A stretch of 64,000 bases of DNA from assembly GCF_964188315.1 (NCBI RefSeq), contig NC_135658.1, positions 41,850,001 through 41,914,000 on the forward strand, in the 5' to 3' direction. Below are positions 1-12,873 of this stretch, piece after piece (within the stretch, counting starts at the first letter, position 1; every line of letters starts with the position of its first letter). This DNA is from Podarcis muralis. Lineage: Eukaryota. Under the pieces are notes generated by a model. The model made no database searches. It was not told the origin of the DNA and saw only the letters and a list, made by a program, of their open reading frames with translations. A program made the translations under genes and the position numbers.

Positions 1-200
1 CAGGACAACTGTCAGCCTCAAATTTTATCAGCCTTCTAATAATAGCACTTCCAGGCACTGGCTGTCAGGTTGCCGAGAGAGAAGTGCAGTCCCTGCTTGG
101 GCTTTTTAACTCTATCCCCACCCATTGAGGGACCTCACTTGGCTGTGGAATAGGCCAAATATATGAAGGGCAATCATGCTATTTGTTTTTATTGGGCGCC

Positions 201-1065
201 TGAGCCGTGTCCGTTCAGAGGTCAGAAAGGAAGCTTCCTCCCTGTCTCAGAATTTTAGTCCTTGTCATCCCTACCCCCCTCTCCCTGTTGGACAAATTTG
301 CCCCAGGGATCTTCCCCAGAGGGAATCAATTGCTGCATGATAAGAAGGAGTCTGACACCGAGATCAGGCAAAAACAAACGTTGTTTATTCTTGAGACAGC
401 GCTGCATGTGCAACTCCCCAGCTCATGCTGTAAAGAGGGAGGCCCTATCCTGTTTACATTAAAGGTACCGTACTTTATACCCTATAGTCAGTCCAAATTT
501 CCCTCCTACATTCTCCTGTTGGTTAGGAGACTGCAGTTTTCAGACTTCCCGGGCCGCCTATTTCATATTTCCCCCTTGATATGTACCCCCTCCATTACAT
601 ACATCCCATGATCAGGCTGATTAGCTCTAGCTCCACCAGGGGTGGTTTGACCAAAATTCATAGCCTTTTCCAGCATGCTCAATAGTTTTCTAACTGTTCT
701 CCATTTTTCCTCGTGATTCTGAGTCACTCAGAAACCTTCCTAGTACCTTATAAGGCATTATCTTTCGGCTACTCTCAGTGATTTCTTAACTTGACTTATT
801 ACCACGAGTTTCCTCTTTCTTTGCAATGCAAGCAGTTACAACAACAAGGCATGGTCATTTCTGTTAAGCTTTTCCTACCCATTTATCCCACACACCCCAC
901 ATCACATTTCTTCTGAGCCATCTTGGATTACCACAGAACAAGACAAATGGTTAAATAAAAAGTCCTCTTAGGGGACCTCAGGAGATTAATATTCTTTCAT
1001 TCCCATGAGGTAACTCAGAACATGGGAATATGCCTTATACTGAGTCAGGGTGTGAGAATCCCACA
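201..1065 (-). mobile_element. Putative solo LTR (ERV-like)
   Basis: On minus strand starts TGTGGGA; TATAAA (474-479) then AATAAA (384-389); purine run upstream; no TSD found, so ends are uncertain. Confidence 0.4.
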
Positions 1066-1229
1066 CCCCTTGCCCTAGGCGCCACATTAGTGGGTGGTGG
1101 CAACAGAGAGAGACAGAAATAGAATGGGAACCCCAGATTTACTAGGCTACCCTACCAGGTTGGTACTGGAACATGTCACTTTCCTTATCTCAAAAGTACA
1201 GTCTTAGAAGAATGAGATAACCAACTATG

Positions 1230-1480
1230 ACTGAAAGACTATGACACATTAAAACATATTGGTGTAAGTTGGCTGCAATATCATCCACTCAACGGAATTT
1301 TTAAACAAGATAAAATGGAAAATGGGTATGACAAGATAATTTCTGAACTAGATAAAGAACTCCTCTCAAATAAAAAAAAAATCTGTCTAAAATGTATAAA
1401 TTATTATTAAATTGGCACCTAAAAGATGAAGAAGTCAAAGATGTAATGATAAAATGGGCGCAGGAACTCCAAACCTGCTT
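1230..1480 (+). mobile_element. Decayed L1 ORF2 fragment
   Basis: Reads FKQD...LSKMYKLLLNW..KDEEVK..MIKWAQE, homologous to the L1 at 46600-46800 in this window. Confidence 0.7.
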
Positions 1481-2240
1481 TACTTTTGTAACCTGAATTT
1501 TCTGTATGGATAGAATCCTACATAAAAATAAAGACAGTTTGGAAGTGCCCTCAGTTTCAAACAATGGACACAAAAATACTCCATACCTGGAATTTTCAAA
1601 TAGTTGTGATGTCTTGTGTGTACACAGAATGTGTTCCAAACTTGCGCCAAAGTTCAACTTTTTATGTATTGTGAAAGGGACACATTTCTGGTACTCTTGT
1701 ATGTGAGTGAAGCAGAAATATATGATAGCAACAATACAGTGATCTCTCAAGGGTTTGTGAGAGGTAACACAACCCTTTGGCCCCTGTTTCAGGCAACTAC
1801 AGGTGGTGCCTGAGGAAAATTAAGAAAAGCCAGGATTCCAGAAACATAATAGTGATTTTCTGAGCTATAGCTATAAATGTACCCTAGACAGTAAATTGCA
1901 GCACAGTGGGTGGAGAAAGTGGAAAGTGTTTTAACAGCACACAACATGAAAACAGTGCTGAATAAACAAAATATTGTAGCACATCTGTCAGGTTAGCAGA
2001 ATGAATAGAAATTAGGCTAGGCTGCCACAGATAACACCTAGTCTTGATGTCTTTAATGGCTGAAGCAAGCAGCACTCTTGAATAATCACCAAAAAAATTG
2101 TAGTGCCTGCAGCAGCAGCAGCAGTGTGGTCTTCTTACCATAATATTTTTCTCATGGTACTTGCACGAGCACTTTCACCTGGGCGTTTGTGATACGTTAT
2201 TGCTTCCTTTGTGTACTCGTCTGTCAGAAGGGATCAGGAA

Positions 2241-2356
2241 TGATAGGTTGTTTGCTTAGGTGCGGATAGGGTCAATTAAACAGGCAGGGTAGTTTCCTTC
2301 AGCTTGAAAGGGAAAAGATAAGAACACAGCCTGCCCTCCTAGTTTGAAGGGGCGGG
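2241..2356 (+). promoter_or_regulatory. Putative GPA33 proximal promoter motif cluster
   Basis: TGATAG 2241, TGTTTGC (FOX-like) 2249, GTCAATTAAA (CDX/homeobox-like) 2271, AGATAA 2316, GGGGCGGG 2349; motif matches only. Confidence 0.4.
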
Positions 2357-2520
2357 AAGGTGAGCAAGGGTGAAAGGGGAAGGAAGCAGAAACAGCACAT
2401 ACAGCACAGAAGAGGGGAGACAGTCCAGGCTACAGCAGGAAGGCAGGTTGTCCTTCCCTCAAACTTCAGATTTATCTTTCATTACCTGGATGTTTGCTTG
2501 GGTGAGGGGAAAAGCGCACC

Positions 2521-2563
2521 ATGATGGCGAACAAGGAAGTAACATGGTTTATACTCAGTGCAG
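2521..2563 (+). CDS. GPA33: GPA33 coding exon 1 (signal peptide start MMANKEVTWFILSA)
   Basis: GCGCACC-ATG Kozak context; 43 nt ending at CAG|GTGAGT; phase 1 joins exon 2 in frame. Confidence 0.85.
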
Positions 2564-5500
2564 GTGAGTAGTACTTTTTGCCTACCAGTGGTATGCTAGT
2601 GCGATGGACAGGGAGAAGGTGCCCATGGATATTTCATCGTACAAATCTCAGGCCTTGCAGTCCAACAAATTTATAGTAGATACCAATCTGTTGTGCAGGA
2701 TTTTGGTGTCTCCCATAAAGTCTTTCTGTTACTGGGATACTGCACTGACCCTGTACTCATACAATTCTTTGTTACTGTTGAGAAAATGTTATCCCCCCCC
2801 CCCCATTGGCACCTCTATGTACTTTGCAACAGCCGCGTAGAATGTGGATGAAGAAGCAGTGTTATGGGTACCTTTGTGATATTTCCAGGGTTAAGCAGCA
2901 CAGGACCTAGGACTACACCAATTTATAAATGCTGACTTTTTAATGTTTCATTTAAATTATTCCCTTAATGTTGTGGGCTACCAGAATGCAACAGCAGTGC
3001 CAAACTGTTCATCTAGCATTAGATTAATACAGAAACACAGAAGCAGGACGGCTACCCTGGCACACTGCTCTGCCAAGATTTTAATTATCCTAAGTTGTTT
3101 GCAGTGCATTGACACGAGGAAAGGAACATTCTGAAATGGTTTTCTTAAATGAATGAAGTCTCTCCACTTAGGTTAAGTGGAGAAATCCTAAGCATATGAA
3201 GCTTCCTTACACAGAGTGAGGACATTGGTCCACCTAAGTCAGTACTGTATTGCTCTAATTCATAGTGGATCCCTAAGACTTCAGAATCCGTACACGAGAT
3301 CCTTTATCCAGAGATGCCAAAGTTGAACCTTGTTGTACATTTGCTGCACTACTGAGTTATGGTCCTTTCCTAGCTTGCCACAGGTGGATAACTAACGGAT
3401 TTATGATGGAGATGGGATTGGGGGGGGGGGGGCTTGGGTTCCTGACTCATCTACTCTCTTAACCACTACACTATGCATTGTTCCTCCCTTCCCTGCTCCC
3501 CAGTAGAATAGATTAAAAAAAAATCCACAGTAATACAGGATGCAAGCTCACACCTCTTTGTGTGGCTATTTGTCACAAAAGTGATCAGCATTAAAAAGAG
3601 AGAGAAAAGAATAAGTGATGGATGGGACAGTGTTGCATACTCTCATTTCATTCAGGATTAGATACCTTGGCGGGACTTGGGCTATGACCTGAACAGCACT
3701 TTTCTGTGCAATCTGCTACTGATATTTGTGCACTGAGGGGACACAGCACACACTACAGTATTTTCTGAGCTAGATTGTCACTTCTTTTATTCCCCCCCCC
3801 CCATTCAAAAACATGTACCCCATTCCTGGGCACAAAAATATGGGAAACCCATAAAGACTTGTTCTGACATAGTGGGTGACAAAACTCAGATGATAGGAAG
3901 TGTGGCAAGGAGCATCTAAAGTGCATTTAACTGTGGGATGAATTCTGGCCGACCTCACTAGGGATGAGCAACCAACTGGCTCACCCTAGAAGTGTTCAGC
4001 TTTTCCCAGTGCTTGACTGGAACACTACAAGAACTTCCCCTCTGCTAATCTTAATTATCCAGCGTGCAAGCCTTAACCTTGAGGATTAAGTGGCACTCCC
4101 ATCAATGCAGCTAAAGGTCCACAGTGGGAGAGGGCAAAGAATCTCAGCACACCTGTGGGATCATTTGTCACCCTTCCCACCAAGGACCCAGCCTTCTCAT
4201 CACCTCTTGCTTCCCCAAGGCAAGAAGAAAGTGGAGATACTGTTGGAGGCATTGAGCACCAATGATTTGCAGAGCACCTTTTCTCATTTGGGACCTAGGC
4301 CTACAAGTCCCAGGATTCCTAATAGGAAAAGATGTCCCATGTATCAATTGTTGATGCACTATCTCTTGTCCTCCTGGAGTCAAGTTTCAGGTTCCCAGTG
4401 TGAAGAGATGCTCCATACATCTAGCAATGCATCATTTCCTTCCAGACATCCTAGGAAGTCCAGCCAATTGCCAAGTTCTCTAGGCAGGGGGAGATCAAGT
4501 TGATGGGAATGCCTTCCACTGCTGAGAACATACCCCATTCCTCTTCCCTAAGGCAGAAAAACCCTTATCTTGGGGAAAGGGGAGATGATTGTGGTAGAGG
4601 CAATGGACTAGCTAGCAGCAATGCATGGGGCATCTTTTCCTCCCAAAGATCCTGGGATATGATTATATGGTGCCTGGTAGAAAAATATATTTCTCATGTC
4701 ACTGGGGTGGGAGTGAGGTCCTGCCACCATCTCCTCCCGAAGTAGGATTTTTGTTGTTTTGCTTTGTGGATTGGTTCAGATGGGTGGGGAGGGAAAGGGG
4801 CAGAACTAAGCTAGGTTATATGCTTGCGCTGATTTTGTTCACATTGATTCAAACAGAGCGCTTGCATATTTAAGCACTCTTGCTTGAAATGCTTGCCTCC
4901 CCATCTGTGGATGAAGACATACAGTACAAGATAAGTTACAGAGAAACTGTGAACATTTAGAATTCAACAGATGCACCTTTCATAATAAATGAACTCCATG
5001 TTAACTGTGGGATTTGTGCCTGTTGGGCACCTTCTTAAGACACAAAGAGTGAATTCACCTAGAATGTAAGACAGAAGTAGATCACGAACCCTTTAGTTAT
5101 GTGATAATTGGAGCAAACACCATAACCTGAATGTGAGAAACTTGTGATAATCAAGTGATAAAACACCATCGTTCCCCCAAACTGAATCACATTTTCACTT
5201 TTTAAACATTTTCTTTCTGTTCGAGTTTTAACAACTGGCTGAAGTATTTCTCCTGTGTTCTTTGCAACTTTTGAAAACTACTCATTGAACTCTGATACTA
5301 AAACTGTCGAACTGATGATTTGAAAGAGTCAAATAGGTAGCTTACTGCAGCAGTTTGGATGTTTGACACAGGGGCGAGCTGGCATAAATCCCCTGAAGCG
5401 TGGCAAGTGACCTTTGGCGAGCCAACCCTTCTCATCATAACCTGCCTTATAGTATTGTTGAGGCAACAAAATGGAGGGCAGGAATTCATGTATGCTGCTC

Positions 5501-6934
5501 TGATCTCCTTGCAGGAAGGGCAGCATAAAAATGTCGTAAGCAAACAGAGCAAAGTTCATATGCTTACACAGCAGCAACGTGGCCCCACCCACCCAGAAAC
5601 TGTCCGTACCTGCTGCCTCTGCCTCTACAGACACCCGTGCAATAGCTTTCTGTGTATGATACAGGCTATTCTCTGTGTGATCAAGGCCCTGCCTTTTGTA
5701 GGGTCCTCCATTGTAGGTCCCATGCCAGGGATGGGGAACTATTTTCAGCCCAAATAGCCACAGGCCAGTGGTGGGCAGAGGAAGGCCAAAGTGGGAATGG
5801 CAGCAAATGTGAAAGTTACCTTTGTACAGTAGGCTAGTTTCTATGCCCATTCCCACACCCCTGCTCTTGTTTATCCAGGCAAACAAGAATCAATTGTCCC
5901 AGTTTCAGCCAGACGAAAGAACTCAAAGAAGGGTTGTGGTCTGATGAAAGGGGATGTGGCTGGGAAGGGGGGTATGGTCTGGGGAGAATCCCAAGGACCA
6001 GATAGAGAGCTGATGGAGAGTAGGAGCAGAAAGAACACCCCTGAATGGACATGCCTCCCTGGATTCCTGGCACACAGTTTCTATCGACTCTCTCGATGAT
6101 GGATTTCCTTCTAGAATTACAGGGAAAAAATATTTAAATTAGTACAAAGTTTCTGTTTAAAGTTCTCACGAAAGACATCCGTTTGTGACTGGGACACACT
6201 TCTAGCGCTCTCTCTCTTGTATCATCCTGCTGATCCTCAAACGAATATGAGCATGCTTCCACTTGCCCGATCATAGCCCCAAACTCGCATTTTGTGCAAA
6301 GGTATGTGACAAAGTTGTGAAGACCTTCTTCTGAAAGAAGAACAGCTCTGGGAGGAGAGGATTTTGAACAGAAAAATTGGAAGGGCAAGGAGAGTGGGTG
6401 GCATATACAGGAAACTATAGCAGGCATACCACACATTTCTCAGGGCTCTCTGGATGCTGCAGGTGAGGCTACTCTTGCTTTCTGGACCGCTTCTCACTGG
6501 GAACAAATGATCCATACAATCCTGCAGTAAACTCCACTCATTTTTGGCTCTCACCACCTGCCTTTTGGCTCTTCCTACCTGCCACCAGCATGTAGCGACC
6601 AAAAGAACACCCCCAAGGGAATGTGACCCTCAATAGAAAAAAATAATAACCTGAAGCCCTGTTCTAGACATAATAGTTATAATAATTTTTATTTATTGCA
6701 TCCTGCCCATCTGACAGGATAAGGAAGTGAGGAGGATTTGTAGTAGAGATAAAGCAGGCAGGGAAAGGGTTAAGCACCCCATCTTTCCTGCTCTCCCCTC
6801 CCAAAACTGTTTTTCTTTTAAAAATAATTATATTGGAGCTCCGTTACTTTTATTTGTCCATAATGCCTTGATAGCTCATCATGCTAGCAAACAAGCCTTT
6901 TTTTCAGTCCCCTGCTTCCTGGGTATCCCTAGAT

Positions 6935-7070
6935 CAGGCATAGGCAAACTCCGGCCCTCCAGATGTTTTGGCACTACAATTCCCATCGTCCCTAGCTAAC
7001 AGGACCAGTGGTCAGGGATGATGGGAATGGTACTCAAAACATCTGGAGGGCCGGAGTTTGCCTATGCCTG
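6935..7070. mobile_element. hAT MITE (palindromic)
   Basis: Long TIR CAGGCATAGGCAAACTCCGGCCCTCCAGATGTTTT; 8-bp TSD CCCTAGAT/CCCTAGAC. Confidence 0.88.
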
Positions 7071-7810
7071 CCCTAGACCCATCCAAGGGAATTTATAAAA
7101 TAAGCTTAATATTTTAAGCTTTTAATTGTATAGGGCACCCCCCACCCCCCATATTTGTGGAATTTTGTTAAAGTCCTGCATCTGCATTTGCTGGTCTTAA
7201 AACGATTTGATCAGTTTCCAAAACCAATTTATTTCATATTTTTAGCCTATTTTAACTTGCTTGTTCAACGGAGGGTTTTTTATTTTTTTTAAAAAAAGCA
7301 TTGACGGTTAGCGATGTGATGAACATCACAGGAAGAAAAGAGAAAGAAATACAATGGATGCAGAAGGAGACATGCCAGGATGGAACAAAACAGGGAGTTG
7401 TCAAAGCCCAGCAAAAAATGCAGCGATTATGCTTTGTTCTCGAGGATCTTCCCATGTTGAAACTGGATTACAAGCCAGTCAGGGAATGTCAGCGCAACGG
7501 TAAAAGAAAAGGCACCTAGGAAATTAACCCATTGCCTGCCTGTTGCAAACTAGATATAGAAATCTGATTAGGAAAACGTTTCACAAAACACAGGGCAGCC
7601 CAGGCTTTCCAAAGCACCTCATCAAAAGTTGCTTATGGCAATTACCTCATCAACTATGTCAAATGCATGACTTCATTAAAGGCTGCCAACTTCACTGTTG
7701 CCACTCCAAACTGTTGAGTGCCCTTATGATGACTGCTTGGACTTATTACTGCAAGACTCTTTTTGTAGGCTTTTGCTTCCTTTTTGTTCCTTCCAGTGTG
7801 GCCTTCTCTG

Positions 7811-7870
7811 TCTTCTTCTTCTTCTTCTTCTTCTTCTTCTTCTTCTTCTTCTTCTTCTTCTTCTTCTTCT
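7811..7870. repeat. (TTC)~20 microsatellite = RTE tail
   Basis: Perfect trinucleotide run. Confidence 0.97.
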
Positions 7871-8408
7871 TTTGCGATCACTCGTAGCCAAGTAAGATTG
7901 TCTTCCATAAACATAGTTTTAACAATGAGTATGTAAGTGACAGTGGAGGCCAATTCTGGATCCACACATCCTTACACAGTGGCGACATTGGTTCCCGGGT
8001 GGGAGTAGATCATGGTGTGGATTTGCCAAGCGTGCCTTCCTCTTAGCATGTTTCTCCCTTGCATCCTGAGTCTGAGTGTCTTCAAAGTCCATGACACCTT
8101 TGGTAAAGACTGTTCTCCAACTGTAGCGCTCGCAGGCCAGTGTTTCCCAGTTGTCGGTGTTTATACTACATTTTTTTAGATTTGCCTTGAGACAGTCTTT
8201 AAACCTCTTTTGTTGACCGCCAGCATTACACTTTCTATTTTTAAGTTTGGAATAGAGTAGTTGCTTTGGAAGACGATAATCAGGCATCCGCACAACATGA
8301 CCAGTCCAACGAAGTTGATGTTGAAGAATCATTGCTTCAACACTGGTGATCTTTGCTTCATCCAGTACATGATTATTAGTTTGCCTGTCTTCCAAAGTGA
8401 TGTGTAAG
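7812..8408 (-). mobile_element. 5'-truncated RTE-clade LINE with (GAA)n tail
   Basis: LRWTGHVVRMPDYRLPKQLLY and C-terminal C..C..H..H finger; 12-bp TSD GGCCTTCTCTGT at 7800-7811 and 8409-8420. Confidence 0.9.
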
Positions 8409-8455
8409 GGCCTTCTCTGTAGTGGCATCCTGACTAGAATAACCTCCCGCTAGAG

Positions 8456-8593
8456 CAGTGTTTCTCAACCTGTGGGTCCCCAGATGTTGTTGGATTACAA
8501 CTCCCATCATTCCTAGCCAGCATGACCAGTGGTGAGGGATGATGGGAGTTGTAGTCCAACAACATCTGGGGACCCACAGGTTGAGAACCACTG
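8456..8593. mobile_element. hAT MITE (near-perfect palindrome)
   Basis: TIR CAGTG(T/G)TTCTCAACC extends to about 59-bp arms; TSD CGCTAGAG/AGCTAGAG. Confidence 0.9.
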
Positions 8594-8678
8594 AGCTAGA
8601 GGCTCAGTGGAGACAAATGTAGTGTAGTTCCAATGGATGGTTAAAGCACACTTGTTCTCTTAGGCTTTTGGATAAATT

Positions 8679-8806
8679 CAGGGCTTTTTTTCAGCCAGAA
8701 TTCGACGGAACTGAGTTCTGGCACCTCTCTGGTGGGCATCATTGCCATTATAAGAGAACAAGGGAGGCATTCATGGTGAGTTTCTTTTTCTAGAAAAATA
8801 GCACTG
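8679..8806. mobile_element. hAT MITE (second copy at 15125-15262)
   Basis: TIR CAGGGCTTTTT/AAAAATAGCACTG; TSD GATAAATT/GATAAATC. Confidence 0.75.
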
Positions 8807-8921
8807 GATAAATCTCACTGGGTGCCTCCAACTCCTGGTATATTCTGAATTGCCCCTCTTTTTGCGGGCGATGTTTTAAATATTGCATTGTGTTGTATTA
8901 TCTGATATACTATGTTGTTTT

Positions 8922-9919
8922 TTTAAAAAAATATTGCATTTTTGAAAGTTACAGAGAAAAGAATAAATTAAAAGTTACACCCAAATACACAAAAAGAAAA
9001 GAAAAAAAGAGAAAAAATGAAAGAAAAAATACAAATAAGAGAAAAAAGGAAAAAAGAATTTAAAAGATACACACAATTGTTCAAAGGATACAAACTGTAA
9101 TTTGAATATTCTATACAAAAGGCTCCCAGAAAGAAATTGCATTAATATTTCTTCTTTGCTTTCTTTCCTTACAATCACTTTCTTTCTGTTCCATTAAACT
9201 TGTTTGAATCCCTGATAAGTTAATTGACTCTATCCCTTTGCGGCTTCAACACTTCTCATTAGTTACCAATAATCTGTATTCCTTTATTTAAATCAATTTC
9301 CCCCCATTATTTCTGTGAAATTTATATAAGCACAACCAGGTATTATTTTTGGAACCATATTTAGTCAAGTACTGTAGTTTTTGAAGCAAACCCATTCCTT
9401 TTTTACATTGTCGCCTGAGTGGTTTCTTATTAGTTCTGTCATTTTGGCTAGTTCAAGATACTCGCACAACTTCAATTGCCACTTGTATTTTGTTGATATT
9501 AACTCACTTTTCCAGTATTTTGCTATTGATATTCTAGCTGCTGTTGTCGCGTAAAGAAACACTCTTTTATATTCATTTGAGATGCTTATCATTAAAATGC
9601 CTAATAGAAAAGCTTCAGCTTTCTTTAAAAATGTATGTTTTAGGATTTTCTTTAGTTCTTCATAAATCATGTCCCAAAATTTTTACATTTGGGGACATGT
9701 CCACCACATGTGGAATAAGGTTCCTTCATTTTGTTTACATCTCCAACACTTATTACTGTTATTTTTATTTATTTTGGCTAATTTGCTTGGGGTCAGGTAC
9801 CATCTGTGGATCATTTTCATAAAGTTTTCTTTTATAAGATAGCACGTGGTGAATTTTAAATCTGTTTTCCAAAGTTTCCCCCATTTTCCCATCTCGATAG
9901 GATAACCAAAATCATGTGG
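8922..9919 (-). mobile_element. 5'-truncated L1 (ORF2 C-terminus, 3' UTR, A-rich tail)
   Basis: KCWRCKQNEGTLFHMWWTC finger; about 24-bp TSD TTATCTGATATACTATGTTGTTTT at 8898-8921 and 9920-9943. Confidence 0.88.
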
Positions 9920-12517
9920 TTATCTGATATACTATGTTGTTTTATATGTATGCTGGAAACTGCCCTGCGATTCCTATGTAATTAATCAAGGGTGGCCTAA
10001 AAGAATGGCAAACAAATAAAGTGCCAAAAAGATTCCCACTGCTAAATAACTAGCCCTTTGGAGAGGGGGTCACAGTTGCCAGGTAGGAATGCAAGTTACA
10101 TGCTGGAGCCCTAAGCTACTCACGTTCTGAGCTTAGTGGGGGAAGGCAGTTCAGAAAGCTCTCAGTTACAGATGAGTTGAGGATAGAGAGCACAACATTT
10201 TAATATTTTGCCATTGCAACCATGGATGTCTAAAGCTAGCCCTCCGTGGCTCTGCCAGGAAAAGCTTTTCTCTCTCCCTGAAAATAAGCTACCCCAAGTC
10301 AAGCAGAATGCTTGGGGTGGGGGAATGGGACACCAGAGGGTGAGGCCTTCATGCCTAGCAATGGGTCAATTTTGGTTTCTCTCAGTTTTCCATTTTTACA
10401 ATCAGCGCTCCACATTTCCATATCAGTTTAAAGTTTTTTTTTGTCCTCAAGAAAATCCATCTGCATTTAGTTTAAATTTCTCCTATTATACACATTTTTA
10501 TGCAATTTTGCCTAATATATACACTTTGTTGCAAAGCTATGTCTTCTAATAGAATTCATTTTTTAATTTTCACTAATATATGCATTTCTCTCTCTGTGTG
10601 TGTATACATACATACATGCATATGTGTATGCATTTTTCTACCCATTACATGGTTTGCATTGCAAAATTCAAATGATAACTGTATTACAAATGTGTCGTCA
10701 TTTACTGTATTAAGCTTATGTTTTTTTAAAAAAGATGTTGTGTTTGGTTTGCATTCAGAAAGTGTGAATTAGATAAGCTTGCCTTTAAATGAGAAATTAA
10801 TCTGATTTCTCCTACATCCCTATTCACAGCACAAGAAAAACACGGGAAGTGGCTGTAAACCAGGACAGACTATTTGTCCATCTAGCCCAGATAGAATTGT
10901 GACGGGCCATTAGCAGTTCCCCAGGGTCTCAAGCAGGGGCCTTTCTCATCACCTGCTACCTTAAACCTGCTACCTGGTACTCCCCAGATTCCATATAATG
11001 CGTATGGCTCTCCCACCATGATTTATATATCCTCGGTGTTGTATTGGGATTTGGATCCTATGGAAGCAGGGCCAGCCCTATCATTAGACACTTGTCTCTG
11101 GCAGCAGATTTGGAGAGGAACTGGGGTGGGCTCTCTCCTGCCGGTTGTCCAAGCTCACTCTGAGTGTGCCTCCTTGCCAACTTCTTCCACCGTGCTTCAG
11201 TCCCTGTTGCCAGCGGCCGCTTGTCGTATTTCTTGTGGCAAAATGGCTTAGGGCGACAATGTATGTGTGTTTGCACACAAAGGAATTAGTCTAAGTGTGT
11301 TTTATGGGACTGGCTTCCTGTGGCTACGTAGGATTGTAGCCTTAGTTTTGTTTTAATTTCTGGTCTCTAGACTTGAGAAAATTCCAGTGCCATAGACATT
11401 TAAACCAAAGAATTCTGGGAACTGTAATTTAAGGGTATTGGGAATTGTAGTTCTGTGAGGGGTAAACTACATTTCCCCAAGATATATTTTTTTGGGGGGG
11501 TGTCTTTTAAATGTGCTTTAAATAAAAACACTGGGAGTCATTCCTTAGTCCCTGAGCCCCTTCTCTTTAAGCTCAGCTAAATCCCCCATTAGGTGGGAGA
11601 CGTTCAAGGGGTTCCCAGGTTACCTTGGTTACAGAACAAATACAGCTTTCCGATAGGTTCTCGGCATATATGAATTTTTATAGAAACACTCCCCTCAACT
11701 TAAATTTCAGTGTGCGGGGGGCGGAATTTTCTGAGTGAGACATTCCTCTGCAGTTTCTCTAAAAGGGTTGGGCTCTCTCACTTTTTCTCTCTGCCTTTGT
11801 CTTTTTTCTCTCTGAATGCTGGTTTTATGACCTGATTATGAACCCACCCCTGGAGGAACCGGTTTCTCCAGCACAATTGAGTTACCTCAGAACATAATAA
11901 TGTACACTGCCAGGAAAAAAAAAGCCTTGTGGGCACACTTGTTTGCTCCCTGAGCTGAGAGAGGATCTGAGAGCCTTGGCCACCAACAGCAAGCTAGCTT
12001 TTTCCACAGATAGGAGGACTGTCCAGGAAGTTGGACAGGTGCCTCAGGGATGTAAGATATAGGATAAAATGCAAATAGATAGAATCATAGAGTTGTAGGG
12101 AGCCTTATGGGCCATCTCGCTTAATCACTTGCTTGTGGCAGAAAATTCAGAGGTAGGTGGTGGTCAAGCTGTTGCCAAGCTTCTCTTACTGTCAATAGGT
12201 TTTATGTGTGCAAACTGAATTATGGGGGACAGTGGATGGAACCTCCCACCTGCCATCCCTTATCGTACTAGTTGCAGGCAAAAAAAGTGGAACTGCATTA
12301 TGTGTCAGCTGGGTGTGGTGACAATAAAAACTTTACGTTCAAAGGACCTTGTCCCCCTGTACATCCCTGAATGAGTCATAGAACTCAGCCTCATGGAAGC
12401 CAGTGGGAGGGAGGGAGGGACAAATAAGATATCTGAGAAGTCACAGATGCTCTGCCAGATCCTTTCACACCCCATGTTGTGTTTTACTGTATAAACTGAT
12501 GTGATATGCACAGACTA

Positions 12518-12873
12518 AAGGTAAAGGTAAAGGAACCCCTGACCATTAGATCCAGTCGTGACTGACTCTAGGATTGTGGCACTCATCTCGCTTTATTGGC
12601 CGAGGGAGCTGGCGTACAGCTTCCGGGTCATGTGGCCAGCATGACTAATCCGCTTCTGGTGAACCAGAGCAGCGCATGGAAACGCCATTTACCTTCCCGC
12701 TGGAGCGGTACCTATTTATCTACTTGCACTTTGATGTGCTTTCAAACTGCTAGGTTGGCAGGAGCTGGGACTGAGCAATGGGAGCTCACCCCGTCATGGG
12801 GATTCGAACAGCCAACCTTCCGACCGGCAAATCCTAGGCTCTGTGGTTTAACCCACAGCGCCACCTGCGTCCC
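12518..12873 (-). mobile_element. Sauria SINE
   Basis: GGGACGC..GTGGCGCTGTGGG head, (ACCTTT)n tail; 13-bp TSD TATGCACAGACTA. Confidence 0.92.

Noticed and set aside
5312-5340. CTGATGA followed by a hairpin as a second hammerhead
   Set aside because: The stem is followed by TAGG, not the required GAAA
7543-7965. Poly-Phe, poly-Leu and poly-Glu ORFs
   Set aside because: Translations of the (TTC)n RTE tail
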